In this document: positions 11,261-20,055 of the stretch, one piece after another | Layout: every line of letters begins with the position of its first letter | Numbering within the stretch: position 1 is the stretch's first letter | Origin: Patescibacteria group bacterium | GTDB taxonomy: Bacteria > Patescibacteriota > Minisyncoccia > Phycocordibacterales > UBA9973 | Assembly (NCBI GenBank): GCA_038078255.1 | Contig: JBBUEH010000002.1 | Location: 7,534 to 71,533, forward strand | DNA length: 64,000 nt | Reading direction: 5' to 3' | Made by a program: the position numbers and the translations under genes | Notes under the pieces: model-generated | The model's input: only the letters and a program-made list of their open reading frames with translations | Told to the model about the DNA's origin: nothing | Database searches by the model: none

Positions 11261-11719
11261 ATCCGTATTAGTGGCTTCGGCCTCCGAGAAAGCCCCCGCA
11301 AGGGGGTTTTCGATTTTAAGGAGATTTTGCAACATTATAATTACTTCTTTAAAATCTGCTTCAGATATAGAGCCTACTTTTCTTAACAATCTTTTTGTGC
11401 TTATTGCTTTTACTTGAGACAAAACAACCCAGGATTTTAACTCTGTATGATTTAGCTTAAAGTAATATTTATTATTTTTCCCTTGAGTTGTAAGTGGTAA
11501 CGCCCACACCATATCTGCATTAAATTTTTTTATAATTAACATTGGTCTTTCAAAGTTTTCATGTTTCCCATCTGATTCCACACCAATATTAAGCCCAGCG
11601 CTACACCACCATATTTCCCGAGCATAAAAGAAAAGCTCTGTGTTTACGCTTTTCGCATCTACAAACTTTTTCTCTATATTCCATTTATCAAAATCTTTTT
11701 TATATTCCATGGAATTCAC
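11246..11719 (-). CDS. PemK/MazF-like endoribonuclease toxin B, no adjacent protein antitoxin
   Basis: REIWWCSAGLNIGVESDGK..FERPMLII, ALPLTT, VLSQVKAISTKRL. Confidence 0.85.
   Translation of the reverse strand: MNSMEYKKDFDKWNIEKKFVDAKSVNTELFFYAREIWWCSAGLNIGVESDGKHENFERPMLIIKKFNADMVWALPLTTQGKNNKYYFKLNHTELKSWVVLSQVKAISTKRLLRKVGSISEADFKEVIIMLQNLLKIENPLAGAFSEAEATNTDSINQ
11265..11317 (+). ncRNA. Putative small RNA B (two hairpins), candidate antitoxin RNA
   Basis: GGC-TTCG-GCC hairpin, TCCGA linker, GAAAGCCCCC-GCAA-GGGGGTTTTC stem and T-run. Confidence 0.6.
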
Positions 11720-11721
11720 TG

Positions 11722-12357
11722 TTATTTTGTAAATTTAAAAGTGGAAAGAACATCATCAAAATCTTGCCAAACTCGTTCGGTCTTACTATCTCCGCCAGTA
11801 TCCAACAAAAAGATCACTTTATTATTTTCAATAATTACTGTTTTCCCATAACCCAATCCCTCCCATGAATAACTAATGGCCTTATGTTCAGCCAAGGTTT
11901 TATTTTCAAAATCAGCAAAACCATCTCCATTATAATTTGAAAAACTTCTATTGTATTCATCTTCTGCCCAATCTATGAGTGAAAGTTGCTTAGAATTATC
12001 CCACACGCCTATACTTATACTTGATAAAGGACCATATCCACCCTCTCCAGGACCGATTGTTGTACTATCAAGGATCACTGTAAACAAGCTTCCTCGAACT
12101 GTAGACTTGTCAAAAATCCTAATTGTATAAACTGGTGGATAACTGAACTCAAATTTGTATTGATCATTTCTATATATTTGCCAAGTTGATGTTACATCCT
12201 GTCGTGGAAAATAAACTTTATTTATCGTACAATCACGTGTGTGTTCGCCAAAGAAAGGTGCATTGCAGGTTCCTCGAACACCCCAAACTCCAAGATACAC
12301 CAGAGCTAGTAAACCAAGTATTTGCATGTAAGGAATATTTTTAAAATAATTTTTCAT
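11722..12357 (-). CDS. Membrane-anchored exported protein (PsbP/Mog1-like), STFKF C-terminus
   Basis: N-terminal transmembrane helix, WQIYRNDQYKFEFSYP, FDDVLSTFKFTK. Confidence 0.7.
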   Translation of the reverse strand: MKNYFKNIPYMQILGLLALVYLGVWGVRGTCNAPFFGEHTRDCTINKVYFPRQDVTSTWQIYRNDQYKFEFSYPPVYTIRIFDKSTVRGSLFTVILDSTTIGPGEGGYGPLSSISIGVWDNSKQLSLIDWAEDEYNRSFSNYNGDGFADFENKTLAEHKAISYSWEGLGYGKTVIIENNKVIFLLDTGGDSKTERVWQDFDDVLSTFKFTK

Positions 12358-12367
12358 ATTTTTTCAA

Positions 12368-15300
12368 TTAATTTTTCCCTGATTTTCTAAGATCGACATC
12401 CAGCGCCAAGCCCCGCAGATAATTTAGAAGCACATTGAACGAGGCGGGAGAATTCGGCGGTCGAATCGTTTCATTTTTAATAATGGAATCAAAGGTTGCT
12501 GATCGGCCTTGAATGTCATCTGATTTAATCGTCAGCATTTCACGCAAAGTATAAGCCGCCCCATAACCTTCGAGCGCCCAGACTTCCATTTCTCCAAATC
12601 TCTGTCCTCCGCCTTGAGCTTTTCCGCCCAAGGGTTGCTGGGTAATGAGAGAGTAAGGACCAATCGAACGCATATGAATTTTATCCTCTACCATGTGATG
12701 CAGTTTAAGCATGTACATATATCCTACTGCGACATCTTGCTCGAAAGCCTCCCCCGTCCGTCCATCAAAGAGTTTCACTTTTCCAGATTCTGGCAGTCCC
12801 GCTTTTACTAATTCTTCTTTTATTTCTTCGTGCTTCGCTCCCAGAAAGGGCGGAACGATAGCCTGATAACCCAAACTATTCGCCGCCATCCCAAGGTGCA
12901 TTTCTAAAATTTGCCCCAAGTTCATCCGAGAAGGAACACCAAGGGGTGAGAGAATAATATCAACCGGTGTGCCGTCAGCAGTGTAAGGCATGTCTTCTTC
13001 TGGTAAAATCGTGGAGATCACCCCCTTGTTCCCATGTCGTCCAGAGAGCTTGTCTCCGACTGAAATATTTCTAATCTGCGCCACTTCAATCACGATTTTT
13101 TTTATAATTCCCGCTTCCAGCGAATGTCCCAGATCACGAGAAAAGATCTTTACCCCAATAATTCTTCCTCGTTTGCCATGTTCCATTCGAAGCGAAGTAT
13201 CTTTCACATCCCGAGCTTTCTCCGCAAAGATTGAACGAAGCAATCGTTCTTCGGGAGTCAGTTCCGTTTCACCTTTAGGAGTAATCTTGCCCACCAAAAT
13301 ATCATTTTCCCGAACCTCTGCTCCAATACGAACGACGCCATCTTCATCCAGATCTTTCAATTTTAATTCTCCGACATTCGGTATATCTCGAGTAGTAATT
13401 TCAGGTCCCAACTTTGTATCCCGAACGACGGAAGTAAATTCTTCAACATAAACAGAAGTGAATTTGCTCTTTTTAACCAGTCGTTCCGAAACAATGATCG
13501 CATCTTCGTAAGTTGATCCAGACCAAGACAAAAAAGCCACAAAAATATTCTGACCCAAGGAAATTTGTCCACCGACTGTACTGCTAGTGTCTGCTAAGAC
13601 GGCCCCTTTCTTTATTTTGTCGCCGACATCCACAGAAGGTCGTTGATGAAACACAGAAAAGTTGTTATTCCGTATAAAATTTACTAAAGAATAAGTCTTT
13701 TCCGTTTTTCCTTTCACCACAATTTTTTTCGCATCTAAATACGAGACCACACCATCTTCTTCTGCTAAAATCAATCGCCCAGAATCTCGGGAAGCTAACT
13801 CTTCCATCCCTGTCGCCACCAAGGGCGCTTCGGGGAGAACACAAGGCACCGCTTGCTTCTGCATGTTTGATCCCATTAGAGCGCGATTGGCATTGTTGTG
13901 TTCTAAAAACGGAATCATCGAGGTCGCAATAGAGAAAGCTTGGTTGGTCGCCACATCAATAAAGTCCACTTCTTCCCGAGCGACAGTACCCGGTTCTGTT
14001 TTAATTCGAGCTTCTACTTTTTCCTCGGTTATTTTGCCATTTTCATCATAGGGAACCCCCGCATGCGCAATATTATATTTTTCTTCCTCCAGCGCATTCA
14101 GATACACCACCTCTCCAGTCAATTTCCCATTCTTCACCTTGATATAAGGAGTTTCAATAATTCCAAATTCATTTATTTTGGCATAAGTAGATAAGTGCAG
14201 AATCAGTCCAATGTTCGGACCTTCAGGAGTATGAATCGGACACACTCTTCCATAGTGCGAAGGATGCACATCCCGAACTTCGAGCCCTGCTCGTTCCCGA
14301 GTCAATCCGCCGGGGCCGAGCGCCGAGAGCTGTCTAATGTGCTCTGTTTCCACCAACACATTTTCTTGATTCATAAATTGAGAAAGCTGGTTGGTAGTGA
14401 AAAATTCTTTGATACGAGCTTGGAGTGGTCGCTGGTTGATAATAGCGATAGGCATCGCTGTATCCACATCAATAATAGACATTCTGTCTTGAACATTTCT
14501 CTTGATCTGCATCATACCCGTACGGACTTTCTGTTGCAGTATTTCACCCACAAATCGCACCCGCCTCTGACCCAAATGGTCAATGTCGTCGCTCTTTGCT
14601 CCTGGAGTATTGTTCAAAGAAATAATGTGCATGATGACAGTGGCTAGATCTTCTTTAGAAATAGTACGACGAAGAAGAGCTTGTTCATCCATGGGCTTAT
14701 TAAATCGCTGATTAAATCTAAATCTACCAACCGGAGAAAGGTCATATCGCTCAGCGGTAAACAAAGAATCAATAAATTCTTTAGCATTATCAGCTGTGGC
14801 CATATCTCCATCTCTGAGACGCTTATATATTTCTATATAGGCATCGTTTATATTTTTTAGTCCATCTTTCGCCAAACAAATCTTTATTGTTTCTTCAAAA
14901 TTCGAACTTAATTCTGTTTTACCACTGAATGCCTTTAAAATAGCTTCATCCGTCTCATAACCCATCGCCCGCAGGAGCGCAGTTGCGGGGAATTTTCTTT
15001 TTTTATCTATTCTGATATAAATTGCCCCATCAGATTCGGACTCTATCTCAATCCAAACTCCCCGAGCTGGAATAATTTTTGCTCCAAAATATCTGTTCCC
15101 CTTACTTTCGGATTCAGTAAAGAAAACTCCGAAGCTTCTCGCTAGTTGTGGAACGATGACCCGCTCTACGCCATTGATGATAAAAGTCCCATGCGAAGTC
15201 ATTAAAGGAAAATCCGACATGAAAATTTCTTGCTCCTTCACTGTGCCTAAGATTTTATTAGTCAATTTTACCCGCGCTTTCAACTGCCCCTGATAGGAGA

Positions 15301-15547
15301 GCTTATTTATTTTTGCATTATTTTCGTCTTGCTTAGACTCACCTAGTGTGAAAGAAGTAAATTCCAGTTGAAATTTCTTGGAAGAATAATCACTAATGGG
15401 AGAAAATTCTTTTAAAACTTCGCCGATGCCGATCTCGGTCAGCCACTTGAAACTCTTGACTTGAGCTTCAATTAAATTAGGAAATTCCACGAGGGGCTTT
15501 TTATACCTCCCAAAATATTTCTTCGGACGCTTTGTATCTATATGCAT
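12368..15547 (-). CDS. rpoB: RNA polymerase beta subunit
   Basis: GDKLSGRHGNKG, GGQRFGEMEVWALE, HYGRVCPIHTPEG. Confidence 0.99.
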   Translation of the reverse strand: MHIDTKRPKKYFGRYKKPLVEFPNLIEAQVKSFKWLTEIGIGEVLKEFSPISDYSSKKFQLEFTSFTLGESKQDENNAKINKLSYQGQLKARVKLTNKILGTVKEQEIFMSDFPLMTSHGTFIINGVERVIVPQLARSFGVFFTESESKGNRYFGAKIIPARGVWIEIESESDGAIYIRIDKKRKFPATALLRAMGYETDEAILKAFSGKTELSSNFEETIKICLAKDGLKNINDAYIEIYKRLRDGDMATADNAKEFIDSLFTAERYDLSPVGRFRFNQRFNKPMDEQALLRRTISKEDLATVIMHIISLNNTPGAKSDDIDHLGQRRVRFVGEILQQKVRTGMMQIKRNVQDRMSIIDVDTAMPIAIINQRPLQARIKEFFTTNQLSQFMNQENVLVETEHIRQLSALGPGGLTRERAGLEVRDVHPSHYGRVCPIHTPEGPNIGLILHLSTYAKINEFGIIETPYIKVKNGKLTGEVVYLNALEEEKYNIAHAGVPYDENGKITEEKVEARIKTEPGTVAREEVDFIDVATNQAFSIATSMIPFLEHNNANRALMGSNMQKQAVPCVLPEAPLVATGMEELASRDSGRLILAEEDGVVSYLDAKKIVVKGKTEKTYSLVNFIRNNNFSVFHQRPSVDVGDKIKKGAVLADTSSTVGGQISLGQNIFVAFLSWSGSTYEDAIIVSERLVKKSKFTSVYVEEFTSVVRDTKLGPEITTRDIPNVGELKLKDLDEDGVVRIGAEVRENDILVGKITPKGETELTPEERLLRSIFAEKARDVKDTSLRMEHGKRGRIIGVKIFSRDLGHSLEAGIIKKIVIEVAQIRNISVGDKLSGRHGNKGVISTILPEEDMPYTADGTPVDIILSPLGVPSRMNLGQILEMHLGMAANSLGYQAIVPPFLGAKHEEIKEELVKAGLPESGKVKLFDGRTGEAFEQDVAVGYMYMLKLHHMVEDKIHMRSIGPYSLITQQPLGGKAQGGGQRFGEMEVWALEGYGAAYTLREMLTIKSDDIQGRSATFDSIIKNETIRPPNSPASFNVLLNYLRGLALDVDLRKSGKN

Positions 15548-15674
15548 AAATTAAAAAAGGGCCAATTATTTTATAGCCAGCTTATAATTAATAAGGAGAT
15601 TGCATCCGATACTCAATCAATGAATCTCAACCAGCCTACTCTATTTACTATTTTTTGTCAACTAATTTTGTGAA

Positions 15675-16325
15675 TTAAGTTTTTGGTTGATATTTTTCCA
15701 GCCGCCAATCTAAAGATAATTTTTCAGCTAATTCTGGATCGACTGGATGGCGTTCAAATAAATTTTTATCCAAATTGAAGTTGGAATCATATTGAATAAG
15801 TGCACCTTGTGGATGCAAAACTCTCTCCATTTCCTCCACTACACTATCCGCATATTCTTTTTGCATTACAGATTCTAGCTGACTAGCAAAAATACTGACA
15901 CTTTTATCTGGCAACCTTCTTAAAAAACTCAACGCATCCGCCTTCACTGCCGTACGGGCAATTTGAGATAATAAATAGTGTGAAGTAGCCTGTTCAGCTT
16001 CTTCTAGGAATTGTTTTAGATTATCCACAAAATCATATGGTTCAACTCCTATGTACGCTTTTGCTCCAGAAAGTAAGACTACTTGGTAACCTGTTAATAA
16101 CTCGCCAGGCCCAATTTCCACAACAATTTGCCCCTTGAAAGGTTTAAAGAACTCTTGCAACTCAGGACTTTTACGCAACCCCTCCCTAATTTGAGCAGAC
16201 ACATTAGCCGGTTTGAGTGATCTGTATAATTCTTTTGGTTCCAATGGAAGAGGAGGTCTTATGTTTGGAATAATCGCCTCAACAGCAACAACACCAGATT
16301 CATTTGTTATCTTTTTTCCTTCCAT
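15675..16325 (-). CDS. Putative class I SAM-dependent methyltransferase-like protein
   Basis: VVEIGPG motif [21 protein letters not shown]. Confidence 0.6.
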   Translation of the reverse strand: MEGKKITNESGVVAVEAIIPNIRPPLPLEPKELYRSLKPANVSAQIREGLRKSPELQEFFKPFKGQIVVEIGPGELLTGYQVVLLSGAKAYIGVEPYDFVDNLKQFLEEAEQATSHYLLSQIARTAVKADALSFLRRLPDKSVSIFASQLESVMQKEYADSVVEEMERVLHPQGALIQYDSNFNLDKNLFERHPVDPELAEKLSLDWRLEKYQPKT

Positions 16326-16528
16326 TGGTTTATTTTAGCATGATTCCCAGAAAGTAAAACTTTCGGAACTTTATAATTTTTGCCACGGTATTTTAGAACT
16401 TCCGGTCGAGTGTAAACTTCGCTAGTAGATATGCGTTCTTCTTCTAGAGATTCATATCTGCCCAGGACTCCCGGAATCTGGCGTGAAATTGAGTCTATCA
16501 GAACCATCGCTGGAAGTTCGCCACCGGT
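16307..16528 (-). pseudogene. trmD: Diverged 3' fragment of a second trmD copy
   Basis: Encodes [39 protein letters not shown]; aligns with about 19263-19470 with mostly synonymous differences. Confidence 0.9.
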
Positions 16529-16755
16529 ACAAGGTGGGTCTGGAAACCTTAAACGCTTCTTTGGTTGCTAGATCCCCATACTTCTCCCAGAAAGCTAGAA
16601 CCCGGCACCTTTCTTTTGCTTGTTCGGTAATCATATACCGAAATCGTAGCACTCTTTGCCAGATGGTGATGAAGCCCTTGGTTCCTTTAAATTTGTTAAA
16701 TTGTCGCATTCTCCTTTTTGATTAAAGGAGTCTCATATGTATCTGAACTTATGCA
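16518..16755 (-). mobile_element. Truncated IS481-like transposase N-terminus (HTH) with putative left end
   Basis: [32 protein letters not shown] from ATG 16709; putative terminal sequence TGCATAAGTTCAGATACATATGAGAC; hairpin CTCCTTT..AAAGGAG occludes the SD. Confidence 0.65.
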
Positions 16756-16774
16756 ATGCAGACTGGGGATTAAA

Positions 16775-16814
16775 TAATTACCTAACTTTTCCGACCAGTA
16801 GAATTGGGTAATTT
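16775..16814. repeat. 40-bp imperfect palindromic direct repeat, copy 1
   Basis: TAATTACCTAACTTTTCCGACCAGTAGAATTGGGTAATTT; 35/40 identical to 18102-18141; abuts a stop codon. Confidence 0.85.
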
Positions 16815-17380
16815 TATATTTTCACTGACCGGAATAAATCTATGATCGACACCACATATTTATCTACTTCTTCCATATATAAAACTTTTTCAGATAAAGA
16901 TAATTGGTGAAAATTTTTAGATTTAATAAAAATAGATAATTTTTCCTGTAAAGTTTTAATTTCCGATTTTAATTGATTATCTTCAGTAAACTCAATAATA
17001 GCTCCCACATAATTGAAAATAGACTGAAGGCGATTTACCCGCAATTTACTTTTTTCTCTTAATTGATAATACACTTTATAATCATCAGGGGCTTCTGTTT
17101 CTAGTCTTTCAGAAAAAGCTTTTCTTGATTCATGATCTTTGTCAAAACCATCAATTAAAATAACTGATTGGTGATTTAAAATTTCTAACAGACCTTCTAT
17201 GTATCTCAATATTTGCACTGGTGACTGAGGTATTGTAAATTGTGTGAACTTAGGATTAAAATCTTTTTCATAGATCACAATGTTCCTATCAGCAATTTTC
17301 ACTGTTTCCTTTAGCTTATAGCCACAAGTTTCCATGGTTTGTTCAAACTCACTCTTTGGTTGTGCTTCTCCTGGGTTCAT
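16814..17380 (-). CDS. Hypothetical protein
   Basis: Long ORF with no recognised motif; start at ATG 17380 lies 6 nt after TATAAT. Confidence 0.7.
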   Translation of the reverse strand: MNPGEAQPKSEFEQTMETCGYKLKETVKIADRNIVIYEKDFNPKFTQFTIPQSPVQILRYIEGLLEILNHQSVILIDGFDKDHESRKAFSERLETEAPDDYKVYYQLREKSKLRVNRLQSIFNYVGAIIEFTEDNQLKSEIKTLQEKLSIFIKSKNFHQLSLSEKVLYMEEVDKYVVSIIDLFRSVKI

Positions 17381-17444
17381 ATTTCTATTATAACTCTTTA
17401 TTTCCACCTATTCCACGCATAGATAATACTGTGGATAACTATCC

Positions 17445-17473
17445 TTGCATATAATTTGTACATTTTGTACAAT
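17445..17473 (+). promoter_or_regulatory. Toxin-antitoxin promoter with overlapping palindromic operator
   Basis: TTGCAT-17 nt-TACAAT; operator TTGTACA-TTT-TGTACAA at 17456-17472. Confidence 0.7.
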
Positions 17474-17481
17474 ATATACAT

Positions 17482-17730
17482 ATGACCACAAAAACATTAT
17501 CTACAACAGAAGCAAGGGAAAGGATAAGCGACTTGGTAAATATCGTGTCTACGAGTCGTAAATCTATCGTCATCGGTCGTAGAAATGTACCCGAAGTGGT
17601 GCTTATTCCCTTTCCTGCATTTTGGAATGGTAAACTATCTGAAATAACAAACATAAACTCATATTCTAAAAGTTTTGACTTTCTAAAAAACGAACCTGAA
17701 ATTTATTCTATTAAAGATATTAAAAAATAG
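17482..17730 (+). CDS. Phd/YefM-family antitoxin
   Basis: KTLSTTEARERISDLVN..IVIGRRNVPEVVLIP. Confidence 0.8.
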   Translation: MTTKTLSTTEARERISDLVNIVSTSRKSIVIGRRNVPEVVLIPFPAFWNGKLSEITNINSYSKSFDFLKNEPEIYSIKDIKK

Positions 17731-17732
17731 AA

Positions 17733-18074
17733 ATGTATAAAATTGGAGATATAATCTTGACACCTTTCCCATTTACAGATCTTTCAGGAAACAAAGTTCG
17801 TCCTACCCTAATACTAGGCACGCAACCAGGTGGCGATGATGTTACAGTTTGTTTTATTTCTTCTAATTTAGAAAATAAAATTCATAAATTTAATATTTTA
17901 ATAGATTTAAAAGAAAAAAATTTTAGTAAAACTGGATTAAAATTAAAATCAGTTATTAAAGTAACGAAAATCGCCACTCTGGACAAAATAGTTATTCTGG
18001 GAAAAATCGGAGAATTAGATAATGAAACTATGAATAAGGTAGGGAAAGTTTTAAAAACTTATTTAAATCTATAA
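17733..18074 (+). CDS. PemK/MazF-family toxin
   Basis: GDIILTPFPFTDLSGNKVRPTLIL, TGLKLKSVIK. Confidence 0.9.
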   Translation: MYKIGDIILTPFPFTDLSGNKVRPTLILGTQPGGDDVTVCFISSNLENKIHKFNILIDLKEKNFSKTGLKLKSVIKVTKIATLDKIVILGKIGELDNETMNKVGKVLKTYLNL

Positions 18075-18101
18075 TGCTTATATATCTTAATTTGGTCAAA
18101 C

Positions 18102-18141
18102 TAATTACCTAACTTTTCCAGTCAGCAGAATTAGGTAATTT
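18102..18141. repeat. 40-bp imperfect palindromic direct repeat, copy 2
   Basis: TAATTACCTAACTTTTCCAGTCAGCAGAATTAGGTAATTT; abuts the stop of 18140-19219. Confidence 0.85.
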
Positions 18142-19219
18142 AAAATTTCATTTCTTTTAATTTATTTTTGTATAACTCCCAGATTTTTTCCTCAGTCTTC
18201 CCGTATTCATCTTTGTTAAAATGTCTCCAGTTGTTTGATTTGAGTTCTTGTTGGAATTGATTGAAGTCCAAAGATAATAAATAAGCCTTGCGTTTTTTAA
18301 AGAAATCGGTAGGCAAGCTTCCGCTTTTTAACAAATCCCAACATTCTTGATTGACAAGACCATAAGTATTACTAAACATCATCTGTTGCAGAAATAAAAT
18401 TTTTCTTTGAATAATTTCGTCAGTTTTACACCTCTTCCAGACATCGCTTGAATTATTCATCATCGCAGAAAATAGTGACGCCCTATCTTCTAAAGTACTT
18501 GTCTGAGCATATATGTCGATAAATCCTTTTTTGTTTTCCACAAGTTTATCAGTAGCATAAGCACCCGACTCATCTAAACCTAGCCATTCCAAGCGTCGAT
18601 TTTTATCTAAAAGACGATTGTCAAGCACATGAAAAAATTCATGATCAAAAGTTTTATTAAAAGGTTGTTTTTCATTCCAACCGAAAATTCTGCTTTTATT
18701 TAAGGGTCCTTCTGAAATTTCTATAAATATTTCAGACCCCTCATCACATGTTATTCCTTCTACATTACCACCACCATCGAGTAGATTATCAGCAATAAAA
18801 ATTGACCTAATATTCATCCTTCTAACAAATTCAAGGGGATATCTAGAAAATCCTTGGATTATATAATCCAGCGCTCTGTCATATTTTGATAAAGAATTTT
18901 TTTCATCTATACCGGAAATTTCCTGACCTAAGATTTTTCTTAATGACTGTTCTAATTCTTCTAAATCATTGAATTTTGATTTAACTTTTATCCCATACAT
19001 TTCCTTTATTAAAGAAGTTTTCTTTTCTATTTGTTCTAGAAGTGACTTTTCAAGAAATGTATCTTTGGCTTTGTCAACTGCCGAAGGCCCACCAACACCA
19101 AGAATCCCAGTCCCTGCTGCGACAGCCCCGGCTTTCAAAAAACCACGTCTAGAAATCAATGGCTTTTTAGGTTCTTTTTCTTCTTCAGAATCATATTTTA
19201 CTCCGAATAATTCTGGCAT
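18140..19219 (-). CDS. Putative zinc metallopeptidase with twin-arginine-like signal
   Basis: SRRGFLK followed by a hydrophobic stretch; HEFFH (HExxH) and YAQTSTLEDRA. Confidence 0.7.
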   Translation of the reverse strand: MPELFGVKYDSEEEKEPKKPLISRRGFLKAGAVAAGTGILGVGGPSAVDKAKDTFLEKSLLEQIEKKTSLIKEMYGIKVKSKFNDLEELEQSLRKILGQEISGIDEKNSLSKYDRALDYIIQGFSRYPLEFVRRMNIRSIFIADNLLDGGGNVEGITCDEGSEIFIEISEGPLNKSRIFGWNEKQPFNKTFDHEFFHVLDNRLLDKNRRLEWLGLDESGAYATDKLVENKKGFIDIYAQTSTLEDRASLFSAMMNNSSDVWKRCKTDEIIQRKILFLQQMMFSNTYGLVNQECWDLLKSGSLPTDFFKKRKAYLLSLDFNQFQQELKSNNWRHFNKDEYGKTEEKIWELYKNKLKEMKF

Positions 19220-19249
19220 TTTTTTATTATACTATAAGTCTGTTAATTT

Positions 19250-19951
19250 TCATCCTCGCTTCTTCCACGCATCGATAAGTTTATGATTCCCAGAGAGTAA
19301 AACTTTCGGTACTTTATAATTCTTACCCCCATATTTTAGAACTTCCGGTCGAGTGTAAACTTCGCTACTTGAGACTCTTTCTTCTTCTAGAGATTCATAT
19401 TTACCCAAGACTCCGGGAATTTGACGCGAGATGCAATCGATCAGAACCATCGCTGGAAGCTCGCCACCAGTCAGCACATAATCCCCAATTGAAATTTCTT
19501 CCAGCCCTCCAGGGGCGAGTAAACCTTTGAGAATTTTCCCTACTCTTGCATCTATGCCTTCATATCTGCCAGAAATTAAAATAATATCCGTGTATTTCTG
19601 CTTCACCAACTTTTTCGCATAAGTTGTGTCGAACTTTTTACCAGAGGGAGAAAATAAAATAATCTTTATTGTCCCTTTCTTAGCTTTCTTGTCCGCCATA
19701 GCTTTAGCGACGGCAGAAAGCAGTGGCTCGGCTTTCATCACCATTCCGGGTCCGCCACCGTAGGGCTTGTCATCTACTGGACGATACCCATTATCTTTCA
19801 GCGCCCCGCCACGGCGGGCAGGCTTTATAAAATCACGAGGATTATAGAAATTAAAATTTATTAATTTATTCTTCACCGCCCGCCCGATAATAGACTCTTT
19901 GAGATAAGAATCGAACATCTCCGGAAAAATTGTAATAATATGAAATTTCAT
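19250..19951 (-). CDS. trmD: tRNA (guanine-N1)-methyltransferase
   Basis: DDKPYGGGPGMVM, GRYEGID, SIGDYVLTGGE. Confidence 0.97.
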   Translation of the reverse strand: MKFHIITIFPEMFDSYLKESIIGRAVKNKLINFNFYNPRDFIKPARRGGALKDNGYRPVDDKPYGGGPGMVMKAEPLLSAVAKAMADKKAKKGTIKIILFSPSGKKFDTTYAKKLVKQKYTDIILISGRYEGIDARVGKILKGLLAPGGLEEISIGDYVLTGGELPAMVLIDCISRQIPGVLGKYESLEEERVSSSEVYTRPEVLKYGGKNYKVPKVLLSGNHKLIDAWKKRG

Positions 19952-19959
19952 GTTTTATT

Positions 19960-19970
19960 AGTTATCCACA
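19960..19970 (+). promoter_or_regulatory. DnaA-box-containing motif AGTTATCCACA
   Basis: Identical 11-mer also intergenic at 17430-17440, 48186-48196 and 51040-51050. Confidence 0.6.
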
Positions 19971-19975
19971 ACTAC

Positions 19976-20050
19976 TTGACTTTTTACTTAATTTTGCTAT
20001 TATGATCATGTCATTCGCAAAACGCCACGCTTCGTGGCGTTTTGTATTTA
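19976..20050 (+). ncRNA. Promoter plus short hairpin RNA convergent on the NYN gene
   Basis: TTGACT-16 nt-TATTAT (extended TG), then GCAAAACGCCACG-CTT-CGTGGCGTTTTGT. Confidence 0.4.
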
Positions 20051-20055
20051 TACTA

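Noticed and set aside
7654-14647. Many antisense ORFs within rpoC/rpoB, and similar ones in dnaG, smc, uvrD and pil genes
   Set aside because: Shadow frames of real genes with no motifs or independent expression signals
16452-16517. C-terminal part of the 85-aa ORF as transposase sequence
   Set aside because: It is an out-of-frame read of the trmD remnant beyond the fusion point
16775-18141. Canonical integron attC array
   Set aside because: Core-to-core length of about 30 bp is far below known attC sites, no L boxes are discernible and there is no intI; kept only as an unexplained repeat
17430-19970. Replication origin
   Set aside because: DnaA boxes are isolated and kilobases apart, with no cluster and no dnaA/dnaN nearby
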